A stretch of DNA of 63,382 nt, counting the filler. It is 3 parts of 3 records of this genome, joined end to end, with 100 filler letters (N's around TTAATTAATTAA, not from the genome) between each part and the next. Parts side by side here need not be neighbours in the genome. Positions count along the whole stretch, not along the records: positions 1 to 30,372 come from DRR378314_118; 2 more parts are not named here. The stretch is one strand, 5' to 3'. Positions 1-8,088 of this stretch are shown in pieces. Made by a program: the position numbers and the translations under genes. The notes beneath the pieces are model-generated. The model was not told the DNA's origin. It did not search any database and worked only from the letters and a program-made list of their open reading frames with translations. Within the stretch, counting starts at the first letter, position 1. Every line of letters starts with the position of its first letter.

Positions 1-129
1 GTTGAACGCCTTACAGAATTCCATGATGTTGATTCCGCGCTGACCGAGCGCCGGGCCGACAGGCGGCGACGGGTTGGCTTGGCCGGCAGGAATCTGGAGC
101 TTGAGGTGCCCCAGCAGTTTCTTAGCCAT
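1..129 (-). CDS. rplK: 50S ribosomal protein L11, N-terminal part (runs off window edge)
   Basis: Hand translation of the minus strand gives [43 protein letters not shown]. There is a GAGAGGA RBS upstream. Not in the ORF track. Confidence 0.97.
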   Translation of the reverse strand, partial: MAKKLLGHLKLQIPAGQANPSPPVGPALGQRGINIMEFCKAFN

Positions 130-193
130 ATTGTCCTCTCGAACGTTTCAGATGGGGCGGTGGTCTTTCGATCCGCCCGGTTACTTTGGAGGC

Positions 194-226
194 CCGTGGT
201 CTGGCCCGGCTAGAGGCCTCCCACGG
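194..226 (-). promoter_or_regulatory. Ribosomal protein L1-binding autoregulatory RNA site in the rplK leader
   Basis: Minus strand reads CCGTGGGAGGCC-TCTAGCCG-GGCCAGACCACGG: two stems flanking the GGGAG/AGACC asymmetric loop typical of L1 sites, located upstream of rplK. Confidence 0.75.
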
Positions 227-304
227 AAGCGGGGCGTATGGCTGAAAAACGGGGGAATTGCAACTCCCCAGCTGAAGGCTGCCAGATGATCGGCAGGTCT
301 CAGG

Positions 305-1114
305 TCATGATCCCGCGGGCGTCGCAAACAACAGTCGGCAGATCGCGCCAATGCGCACGCTGCCATCTGCCTGAACAAAGGGGGCAATCGCCGCCGCATG
401 GGCCGCGTTCACGGCGTCTTCACCCGAGGCATCCATGGCCTTCGCCGCCACGCCGGAGGAGCCGATCCCGCGCACGGCCTGCGCCGCGCTTTCGTATTCC
501 CAGGGGCTGGACACGTCCACCACCTCCAGCGGCGTCAGCCCCGCCTCAGCTGCGAAGGCGCGCAGCCGGGTCTCGTCCGACAGTGCGAACGGTCCGGGCG
601 CGCCCGGTGGCGGGGGCGGCAACAGCGGTTTCAGGGCGCCGACAATCGCGGCCGCTTCCATGCCGTCCGGCTCGCCCCAGGTCATGATCACCACCATGCC
701 CGAAGGTGCCGTCACGCGCCGGGCTTCAGCCAGCGCCGCACCGGGATTTCCAGCATATTGGAAAGAGTTGAAACCGACGACCACATCGAAGCTGTCATCC
801 TCGAAGGGCAGGTCTTCCAGATCGCCCGTCTGGAACGCGCCCTGCGGCACACGCTCCCGGGCAATCCGAAGCAGTGAGTCCGACGCATCGATCCCCGTCA
901 CCTGAGCGCCGCGATCCGCCGCCAGAGCCGCAGCCATGCCGGATCCGCACCCTGCATCGAGGTAGCGCGTTCCAACGTCGACACCTGCACGCTCAAGCGC
1001 AGCAACAAATCCGGCGCGGAATCCGCCTTCCTGCAGGTCTGCCCAGTCGCGTGCGCGGGCACCCCACAATCGGCCGTTGGTATCGGCTGTCCGTAGCATT
1101 TTGTTTCCGGTCAT
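305..1114 (-). CDS. Class I SAM-dependent methyltransferase (start uncertain, 1099-1141)
   Basis: Motif I YLDAGCGSG and motif GDLEDLPFEDDSFDVV. Confidence 0.9.
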   Translation of the reverse strand: MTGNKMLRTADTNGRLWGARARDWADLQEGGFRAGFVAALERAGVDVGTRYLDAGCGSGMAAALAADRGAQVTGIDASDSLLRIARERVPQGAFQTGDLEDLPFEDDSFDVVVGFNSFQYAGNPGAALAEARRVTAPSGMVVIMTWGEPDGMEAAAIVGALKPLLPPPPPGAPGPFALSDETRLRAFAAEAGLTPLEVVDVSSPWEYESAAQAVRGIGSSGVAAKAMDASGEDAVNAAHAAAIAPFVQADGSVRIGAICRLLFATPAGS

Positions 1115-1202
1115 CTGTTCCCGCTGTCCTGCGCGGCTCACAAGCGCGCGTTCGTCCCGCTGTCAAAACACCACGGATGCTGGAATAATCACACCCCCAG
1201 AA

Positions 1203-1238
1203 CCAAAGAGGCCGTCCCCTTTCGGAGACGGCCTGTCT
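1203..1238 (-). terminator. Intrinsic terminator of the csp gene
   Basis: Minus strand AGGCCGTCTCC-GAAA-GGGGACGGCCT followed by CTTTGGTT. Confidence 0.7.
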
Positions 1239-1264
1239 GACAAAGTCTTAAAAGTCGTGAAGAC

Positions 1265-1474
1265 TTAAGCAGCTTCGATCGTGTCGACAGCGGTCTTGCC
1301 GCTGCGTTTGTCGACAGCTGTCGTGAAGGACACTTTCTGGCCTTCGGACAGGATGCGCATGCCGGCGCGCTCAAGCGCGGTCGCGTGCACGAACACATCA
1401 TTGGTGCCGTCTTCAGGCTGGATGAAGCCGAAGCCTTTTTGGTCGTTGTAGAATTTTACGGTGCCATTTGTCAT
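1265..1474 (-). CDS. Cold-shock protein (CspA family), 69 aa
   Basis: [18 protein letters not shown]...DVFVH contains RNP1/RNP2. An AGGAG RBS precedes the ATG at 1474. Confidence 0.96.
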   Translation of the reverse strand: MTNGTVKFYNDQKGFGFIQPEDGTNDVFVHATALERAGMRILSEGQKVSFTTAVDKRSGKTAVDTIEAA

Positions 1475-1728
1475 GAAACACTCCTGATTGATTGCGGTCC
1501 TGCAACATGCGGGTCCGCGGAACACGAATTTTGTTTGGGAGGTCTCTGAAAGGAACAGCCGGGCGATGCCCTTGTGTTCGTTGCCTGATCGTCCGGCGAA
1601 AAGTCGAGAAACTTACATGGTGCCACGCGCACCAAATAGCAATGGCGCGCCCGCAGCGCTTCAGACGCCAATCCACGAAAAAGCCCGGCTGCACAGGGCA
1701 ACCGGGCTCAAATAAAAATTGCAATTGC

Positions 1729-2580
1729 CTACATCAGGGCGTAGCCCTTGGCATTGATATAGCGCTTCAACTCCTCGGCACGGCGCAGCGGGTCCGGGTG
1801 GGTGGACATGAATTCCACCGGGCGCTGGCCTTCCGATTGGGCGGCCATCAGCTCCCAGAGGCGCACCGACTGGCGCGTGTCATATCCGGCATTGTGCATG
1901 TAATCGACGCCCAGCTTGTCAGCCTCCAACTCGTGCCGGCGGCTGTAGGGCAGGATCACGCCGAACTGCATCGCCGCGCCGCCCAGTGCGCCGATCGTTG
2001 TGCCGTACTTGCGCAGCTCTTCTGACTGGGCCACGGCAATCTGGCCCGCCATCAGGCCGACCTGCGCGGCGGTCGAAACCGACAGGCGCTCAGCGGCGTG
2101 GCGACCCACAACATGGCCCGTCTCATGGCCCAGAACGGAAGAGAGCTGGTCGTCATTCTCGGTCAGCTCGGTGATCCCGCGATAGATGCCAACCCGATTT
2201 CCCGGCATGACAAAGGCGTTCACGTCATCGGTATCGAACACGGCCACGTCCCAATTGGCGTTCGGGTCGATATGGCCGGCTTTGGCCGCGCCTGCCGTGG
2301 TACGCTCCCACACATTCAGAACCTGGTTCTTGAGGCGTGTATTGGACACGACCGGTGTCTGGGACTTCATGTCGGTCCAGGCGGTTGCAGCCATGCTGGC
2401 CACCTGATCCTCACCAAACAGGATCAATTGACTGGAGCCTGTCGCCGGATTGGTGGTGCAGCTGGAAATGAAAGGGAACACGGTGCCCGCGGCAATGCCT
2501 GTAATCAGCGCGCGGCGTGACAGGCGGACATTCGGCGCCCCGGCCAGCACTTCGCTATCAAACTCGACCAGTTCAGCCAT
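1729..2580 (-). CDS. M48-family metallopeptidase, probable lipoprotein with a twin-arginine-like signal
   Basis: NAFVMPG, HETGH zinc motif, YSRRHELEADKLG and STHP motifs. The N-terminus has SRRALITG...ISSC. Confidence 0.9.
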   Translation of the reverse strand: MAELVEFDSEVLAGAPNVRLSRRALITGIAAGTVFPFISSCTTNPATGSSQLILFGEDQVASMAATAWTDMKSQTPVVSNTRLKNQVLNVWERTTAGAAKAGHIDPNANWDVAVFDTDDVNAFVMPGNRVGIYRGITELTENDDQLSSVLGHETGHVVGRHAAERLSVSTAAQVGLMAGQIAVAQSEELRKYGTTIGALGGAAMQFGVILPYSRRHELEADKLGVDYMHNAGYDTRQSVRLWELMAAQSEGQRPVEFMSTHPDPLRRAEELKRYINAKGYALM

Positions 2581-2705
2581 ATCAAATCTCCCTGTCACCT
2601 GAGTGGAGACGTTAGCCGTCCCTTCTCAAAAAGCAATCGCACCCCTGCGCGAATGGTTCCCAGAATGAAAGATTCCGCCTGAATTGGCCGTGAACACCGC
2701 GTTGC

Positions 2706-4619
2706 CTACGCGTCCTCGTCCACAGTGTCGCCGGCCAGAATAGCGGCCTGTTGCACCCAACCTTCGCGCACGATTCGACCGGAGAAATTCAGCTCATGGT
2801 CCACCCAGACCACATTGTCCGGTGTCCAGGCGGCAATCTGGTCATAGTGCCAGACGCCCATCGCATTCAGCAATTCCTGGATCTTCGGACCAATACCGCC
2901 GATCTCGGTCAGGTCGTCAGGAGAATTCTCCACCGGCTTTTTCAGCGCGATCGGACGCACACCCTTGGGTGCATCATCCGCCTCGGCGAACTCTGCGTCA
3001 TCCTCGTCAGCCGCTTCTGCTTCGACCTCGGCGTCCTCCCCGTCATCATCGTCCAGTTCCAGCGCGGCGAGAATGGCCCGGCTGGCCTCTTCCGGCGTTG
3101 CCACCGCTGACTCTTCTGCCTCTGTGTCAGCACTGTCTTCTGCGTCGCCCGCAGCCTCCGTTTCCGTCACCGGCACGGGCACCTCTTCCGGGAAGCGATC
3201 CTCGATCTCGAAGGTGGGCAGGTCCACATCGGCGTCGGGGTCTGCGGCAACTTCTTCCGGGGCCTGAGGCTCGGACTCGTCCAGTTCCTCGGGCTCATGC
3301 AGCACGTCGTCTGCCGTGAAGCCGAAGGGATCAGCCACGATCTCGGCCTCATCTTCGGCCTGCTCTGAATCCTCGGCCTCCGCCGCAGCAACAGCTTCAA
3401 TCTCTGGGGCCTCAATCTCAGGCTCGGCATCTGCCTCAACTTCGATTTCAGGCTCGGCCTGCTCAGCGTCTGCGTCTTCTCCGTCCGCCTCCGGATCGTC
3501 CGCAACCTCGAAGGTAGCCGCGTCGAAATCGGCTTCGGCCTCGACCTCCTCGATGTCTTCCGGGTCTTCTTCCGGCTCAGACAGCTCCGCTTCGGCTTCT
3601 ACGAATACAGGCTCGGGCTCGACCTCATCCACTGGCTGAGCCTCAACCTCGGGTTCAGCCTCAACCTCAGGCTCAGGCTCAACCGTTTCGGTGGCCTCGA
3701 CAGGCTCTTCGGCGTCTGCAGTCTCGGTCTCGAGTTCAGTGTCGCTGTCTGCCACATCAGCAAGAGGCGCGATGACCTCTTCTGCTTCATCATCGGCCTC
3801 CTCGGCGGTCTCCGCATCCGCCGCGACGGCTTCATCGCGCGCATCCTGATCGCCCTCGAAATAAGCGAGGCGCCCTTCCAGATACCGGTTGCGCCAGCGC
3901 AGGCGGGCGAGCTCTTCATCGACCTCGTCCTGTGCTGCCGGTGCAGCTTCAGCAGGTGCCTCGACGACCGGCGCCTTCACCTGAGCCAGCTCCGCCTCCA
4001 GCGCCTCGACGCGCTGCTTCAGGAAATTGTGTTGCCACTCGGCTTTTGCCTGTTCGGAGTCAGACACGTCGCTTGCCGCCACCGGCGCGGCAGCCGGTAC
4101 GGCCGTCTCCACCGCCGCAACGCCCTGAGCACCTTTTTCCAGCATGCCTTCCAGATGGCGCACGCGGCTTTCCAGATGACGGTTGCGCCATACCAGTGCC
4201 GGGTTCGGATCGGACGCGCCGCCAACAGCCGCCAGCGTCCCTGCCGCAGATGCGGCCGCAGCCACACCCGCCTTGGCAACGCCGGCGCGCTCGGCTTCGT
4301 CAGCCTTTTCCTTCAGAGTTTCCAGTTCGCTCTTGGCGCGGGCCAGTTCATCTGTCAGGCGCTGCAGTTTGACGTTCTGCTCAGCCTGCACTTCGCGCGG
4401 ATTGAAATTGCCAATCGGCTGGCCCCGCTGCGCCGCATACAGGCTTTCGATCTCTTCGCGAGCCTGATCAAGTTCGGTCAGCGTCACATCGCGCTCGACC
4501 ACCGCCTTGCGCATCTTGTTCACCAGCAACATGCCGCGGATGGACCAGCCCAGCAGCAGCCCGAAAACGGCCACGCCTGCCAGCGCAACCCACATATGTG
4601 CCAACAGCCACGCCATCAC
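2706..4619 (-). CDS. Membrane-anchored coiled-coil protein with a long acidic region and C-terminal HhH-like (COG3743-type) domain
   Basis: N-terminal TM helix, coiled coil and very E/D/A/P-rich middle. C-terminus DDLTEIGGIGPKIQELLNAMGVWHYDQIAAW...WVQQA. Confidence 0.8.
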   Translation of the reverse strand: MMAWLLAHMWVALAGVAVFGLLLGWSIRGMLLVNKMRKAVVERDVTLTELDQAREEIESLYAAQRGQPIGNFNPREVQAEQNVKLQRLTDELARAKSELETLKEKADEAERAGVAKAGVAAAASAAGTLAAVGGASDPNPALVWRNRHLESRVRHLEGMLEKGAQGVAAVETAVPAAAPVAASDVSDSEQAKAEWQHNFLKQRVEALEAELAQVKAPVVEAPAEAAPAAQDEVDEELARLRWRNRYLEGRLAYFEGDQDARDEAVAADAETAEEADDEAEEVIAPLADVADSDTELETETADAEEPVEATETVEPEPEVEAEPEVEAQPVDEVEPEPVFVEAEAELSEPEEDPEDIEEVEAEADFDAATFEVADDPEADGEDADAEQAEPEIEVEADAEPEIEAPEIEAVAAAEAEDSEQAEDEAEIVADPFGFTADDVLHEPEELDESEPQAPEEVAADPDADVDLPTFEIEDRFPEEVPVPVTETEAAGDAEDSADTEAEESAVATPEEASRAILAALELDDDDGEDAEVEAEAADEDDAEFAEADDAPKGVRPIALKKPVENSPDDLTEIGGIGPKIQELLNAMGVWHYDQIAAWTPDNVVWVDHELNFSGRIVREGWVQQAAILAGDTVDEDA

Positions 4620-6073
4620 TCGCTCCGTTCTTGAACCTTGAACCCAATCCGGCGATTCTTCGCCCGACCTTCCTCAGTGTCATTATCCCGCACAGGTGCA
4701 TCAGGACCATACCCAATTACAGCCACCCTCGAAGGGGAAAATCCGGCTGAAACCATATAATCTCTTACAGCTTGCGCCCGTGCCTCACTCAGCATCAGGT
4801 TTGCCTGCCGATCGCCCGTGGAATCAGTATGTCCGCCCACTTCAATGACCAGATCCGGCGCGCAGCGACCCGACACGGCCATCACCTTGTCAAGCGTGTT
4901 GCCACTCTCTCGCGTAATGCTGGCTGCGCCCGTTTCGAAATACACCTTGTTGGTCTCCATCACCGAGTCAAACGCCGCCTGACAGGCCGCAACCGGGTCC
5001 GCCTCGAAGTCGATCTCGCGAATCTCCTCAACGGCCACCTGAACCGTATCGGTGAAAACTGTGACAGGATAAGGGCTATCCACTGTGGCCAGGTCCTGCT
5101 GGAGATAGGCGAGCGTGGAGCCGGTGGCCTCCCCCTCGAAACTCAGCCCCGTCTCTTCAGGCTCAAACGCCATGACGCCGGTCTGAAAGCCGCCCGCGAA
5201 ATGCGGAAGGCCCACGCGCACACCGTCCAGCCAGCGGGGATGGGCCTCACCCGCCACCTGCATCTCGTCGCGCACGGTCTGCGCGTAGTATTGCCGGGCA
5301 ATCGACAGGATCTCGTCCCGCTCGGCCTCACTTGCCACTGAGCCGGAGAGGATCAGCTCTCCCTCGCCATGCGTCGCACTCCACAGCGCCGGGCCGCGCA
5401 GGAATGGCTCGCCGCGAAAGGGCGCAGTCACATTGGACACATCTGCAGACAGGCGCGCTCGTATCGCCGAGTCCATCGACACGCCGCGCAGGCGCAAACG
5501 CGTATCCTGCAGTCTCGCCTCGCCCGAATTCAGCTCTGACAGGCTTTCCAGCGCCAGCTTGGCCATACCCTGCCAGTTCGCTGCCGGCGCACCATTCGCC
5601 ACAACCATCCGGTCATCGACCTCTGCTTCACCGGCACGCGCCTCGGCCATCGCCAGCAGGTCCGACCGTATGCTGCGCGAGGGCACATGCCCCATCAGGA
5701 TGAATGCACCGGAATCTGTCTTGATCGCGCGCCAGACATAGGGAGACACGGCGGCTGCTGCGCCGACTTCGCTCTCCACCAGGGTGACGCCGCCCATGAT
5801 GACGCCGCCCGATCCGCTGGATGTGATGACCGTTTCTGCTGCCGCGCGAACCGCGTCCACGGACGGGGCCTTGCCGGTCAACCGGGCGCGCTGGCCATTC
5901 ATCTCGACCTTTGCCCAGTCAAAGCCTGCCTCGGCCAATGCCGCATTGGCGTTGGCCTCCAGCCGCGCTTCGAGGTTTACAGGCGTGTTGCCGGACTGAT
6001 AGACGGCCCACCAGCCTGTGAAAATCAGGCCGATCAGCGCCACGCATCCAATAAGGTAGTCGAGCAGTCTCAT
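4616..6073 (-). CDS. OmpA/MotB-like peptidoglycan-binding protein with BON-like domains
   Basis: C-terminal FETGAA..GHTDSTG..NLMLSEARA..GYG..NRR motif, N-terminal TM, and BON-like LxG-x-V/A repeats. Its stop overlaps the next start. Confidence 0.88.
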   Translation of the reverse strand: MRLLDYLIGCVALIGLIFTGWWAVYQSGNTPVNLEARLEANANAALAEAGFDWAKVEMNGQRARLTGKAPSVDAVRAAAETVITSSGSGGVIMGGVTLVESEVGAAAAVSPYVWRAIKTDSGAFILMGHVPSRSIRSDLLAMAEARAGEAEVDDRMVVANGAPAANWQGMAKLALESLSELNSGEARLQDTRLRLRGVSMDSAIRARLSADVSNVTAPFRGEPFLRGPALWSATHGEGELILSGSVASEAERDEILSIARQYYAQTVRDEMQVAGEAHPRWLDGVRVGLPHFAGGFQTGVMAFEPEETGLSFEGEATGSTLAYLQQDLATVDSPYPVTVFTDTVQVAVEEIREIDFEADPVAACQAAFDSVMETNKVYFETGAASITRESGNTLDKVMAVSGRCAPDLVIEVGGHTDSTGDRQANLMLSEARAQAVRDYMVSAGFSPSRVAVIGYGPDAPVRDNDTEEGRAKNRRIGFKVQERSE

Positions 6074-6183
6074 AGAGGCCCCACGACCTCCTCCATTGAT
6101 AATCCCCTGATAATCAGGGATGCCCTATTCAGCAGGTCCTAGCAAGGCTTGCCCCGCATAGTCAGAAACGCCAGAACCCTGCC

Positions 6184-6996
6184 ATGAACCGCCCTTCAGA
6201 GACGATAAGCAGCGCTTCAAACCCGCTCGTCAAAACCTTGAAAAGCCTGGAAAGAAAGAAAGGCCGCACCGAAACCGGCCTGTTTCTGGCCGAAGGCGCG
6301 CGGCTGATCGGTCAGGGGCTCGCCAATGGCTGGAAAGCGGACTGCGTTGTGGTGGCCGCCAGCATGGCGGAACGGCCCCATCTGGCTGACCTGATCCGGC
6401 AGGCCGAAACCTCAGGTGTGCGTGTCGTTCTGGCAGCAGACAAGCTGATGTCGCGCATCACCCACAAGGACAATGCGCAAAGCGTGGTCGCCGCCTTCCA
6501 TCAGCGCCATCTCGGCCTTGATGCCCTGCCCCAGACCAAGGACGGCCTGTTCGTTGCGCTCTATGAAGTGCGTGATCCCGGCAATCTGGGCACGATCCTG
6601 CGGACCGCAGACTGCGCAGCTATTTCCGGCGTCATCCTGGTCGAAACCTGCTGCGACCCGTACAGTTTCGAAGCCGTGCGCGCCTCGATGGGGTCCATCT
6701 TCGACATGCCCTTTGCAAGTGCCAGTTTTGACCAGTTCAACGCCTGGCGCAAAGGCCTTGGCCTCAACATGAGCGCGGCTTCGGTCAATGGCACGGCCCG
6801 GCATGACCGCACCGATTTCACCGGGGGCTCCGTGATCATCATGGGCAATGAACAATCCGGCCTGCCTGCGCACGCCGAAGCCGCCTGTGACCAGCTCTGC
6901 CTGATCCCCATGCGCGGCGGCGCCGACAGCCTCAACCTCGCCCAGGCCACGGCCATCATGACCTATGAGGCCTGGCGCCAGAGAGATTTCAAATGA
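6184..6996 (+). CDS. TrmH/SpoU-family RNA 2'-O-methyltransferase
   Basis: DPGNLGTILRTA, MGNEQSGL and SLNLAQA SPOUT motifs. Confidence 0.93.
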   Translation: MNRPSETISSASNPLVKTLKSLERKKGRTETGLFLAEGARLIGQGLANGWKADCVVVAASMAERPHLADLIRQAETSGVRVVLAADKLMSRITHKDNAQSVVAAFHQRHLGLDALPQTKDGLFVALYEVRDPGNLGTILRTADCAAISGVILVETCCDPYSFEAVRASMGSIFDMPFASASFDQFNAWRKGLGLNMSAASVNGTARHDRTDFTGGSVIIMGNEQSGLPAHAEAACDQLCLIPMRGGADSLNLAQATAIMTYEAWRQRDFK

Positions 6997-7886
6997 AGAC
7001 CGATACCCGCCTCCTGATCGCCGATGACTGGAACGATTACGCCCTGCTGGATAGCGGCCACCTCCAGAAGCTGGAACGGTTCGGCAGCCAGACCGTGATC
7101 CGCCCGGATCCGCAGGCCTTCTGGGAACCGGCCCGCCCGGTCAGCAGCTGGCGCGCCGATGCCCGCTTCTCCACCAAGTCTCAGGATGATGATGGCGCCG
7201 GAAACTGGGAAGTGCTTTCGCCGAACGCCCGTGACAGCTGGCCGATGCAATGGAACGGGCTGACATTCGAAGCCCGCCGCACCGCTTTTCGCCATATGGG
7301 CGTGTTCCAGGAGCATTCGGTCCATTGGCGGTTCGCGCAGGAAAAGATTCGCTCGGCTGGCCGCCCGATCAAGGCGCTGAACCTGTTCGGCTATACCGGC
7401 ATGATGTCACTTGCCTGCGCCGCCGCCGGGGCCGAGGTGGTGCATCTGGATGCCAGCCCGAAATCCAACGGCTATGGCAAAGACAATCAGGCGATGAGCG
7501 GCCTGAATGATCGCACCATTCGCTGGATTGCCGATGACGCGATGAAGTTCACCGCGCGCGAGATCCGTCGGGGCAATCAGTATGACGCGATCATTCTCGA
7601 CCCGCCAAAATTCGGCCGCGGCCCGAAAAACGAGACCTGGCGGTTCGAGGAAAACCTCCCCGCCCTACTCGACACGGTGAAGACACTGCTGAGTGACCGG
7701 CCCCTGTTCGTGATCCTCACAGCCTATGCCGTCCGCCTGTCCTATCTCGCCTTGTCACAGGCCCTGGCCGACCGCCTCTCCCCGCTTGGCGGCATCATAG
7801 AGACCGGCGAGATGGCCCTGCCCCAGCAAGGCGGCGAACGCCTGCTGCCGACGGCAATCTACGCCCGCTGGCATTCCGGAAGCTGA
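6993..7886 (+). CDS. SAM-dependent RNA methyltransferase (RlmI-like)
   Basis: LNLFGYTG and ILDPPKFGRG motifs. ATGA overlap with the upstream gene. Confidence 0.88.
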   Translation: MKTDTRLLIADDWNDYALLDSGHLQKLERFGSQTVIRPDPQAFWEPARPVSSWRADARFSTKSQDDDGAGNWEVLSPNARDSWPMQWNGLTFEARRTAFRHMGVFQEHSVHWRFAQEKIRSAGRPIKALNLFGYTGMMSLACAAAGAEVVHLDASPKSNGYGKDNQAMSGLNDRTIRWIADDAMKFTAREIRRGNQYDAIILDPPKFGRGPKNETWRFEENLPALLDTVKTLLSDRPLFVILTAYAVRLSYLALSQALADRLSPLGGIIETGEMALPQQGGERLLPTAIYARWHSGS

Positions 7887-7919
7887 TCGACAGCTCCTGC
7901 CTCTCCCAGAAATCAAACA

Positions 7920-8034
7920 GCCTTGAGCCTGGTTCAGGTGAGTGCCGGTCAAGGGCGCGATACGGAACCCGCCCAAAATGCCCTGAGCCCGGTTCATGTG
8001 AAGCGCAAAGCGCTGATACGAAACCCGTTCAAAA
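7920..8034. repeat. Imperfect tandem direct repeat, two copies with about 60-bp period, each hairpin-forming
   Basis: Copy 1 is GCCTTGAGCCTGGTTCAGGTGA..GCGCGATACGGAACCCGCCCAAAA. Copy 2 is GCCCTGAGCCCGGTTCATGTGA..GCGCTGATACGAAACCCGTTCAAAA. Confidence 0.7.
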
Positions 8035-8075
8035 CAAAAACGGCGGCCCCGAAAGGCCGCCGTTCCTATTTTTTG
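8031..8075 (-). terminator. Intrinsic terminator of the TBDR gene, possibly bidirectional
   Basis: AACGGCGGCC-CCGAAA-GGCCGCCGTT, flanked by an A-tract on the left and a T-rich tract on the right. Confidence 0.8.
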
Positions 8076-8088
8076 ATGTCCGTCAGAC

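Noticed and set aside
3640..3690. CTCAGG/CTCAAC short repeats as a VNTR or regulatory element
   Set aside because: They simply encode EPEPEVEAEPEVE in the acidic linker of the 2706-4619 protein.
7920..8034. Mini CRISPR array
   Set aside because: Only two degenerate units, variable centres too short to be spacers, and no cas genes in the window.
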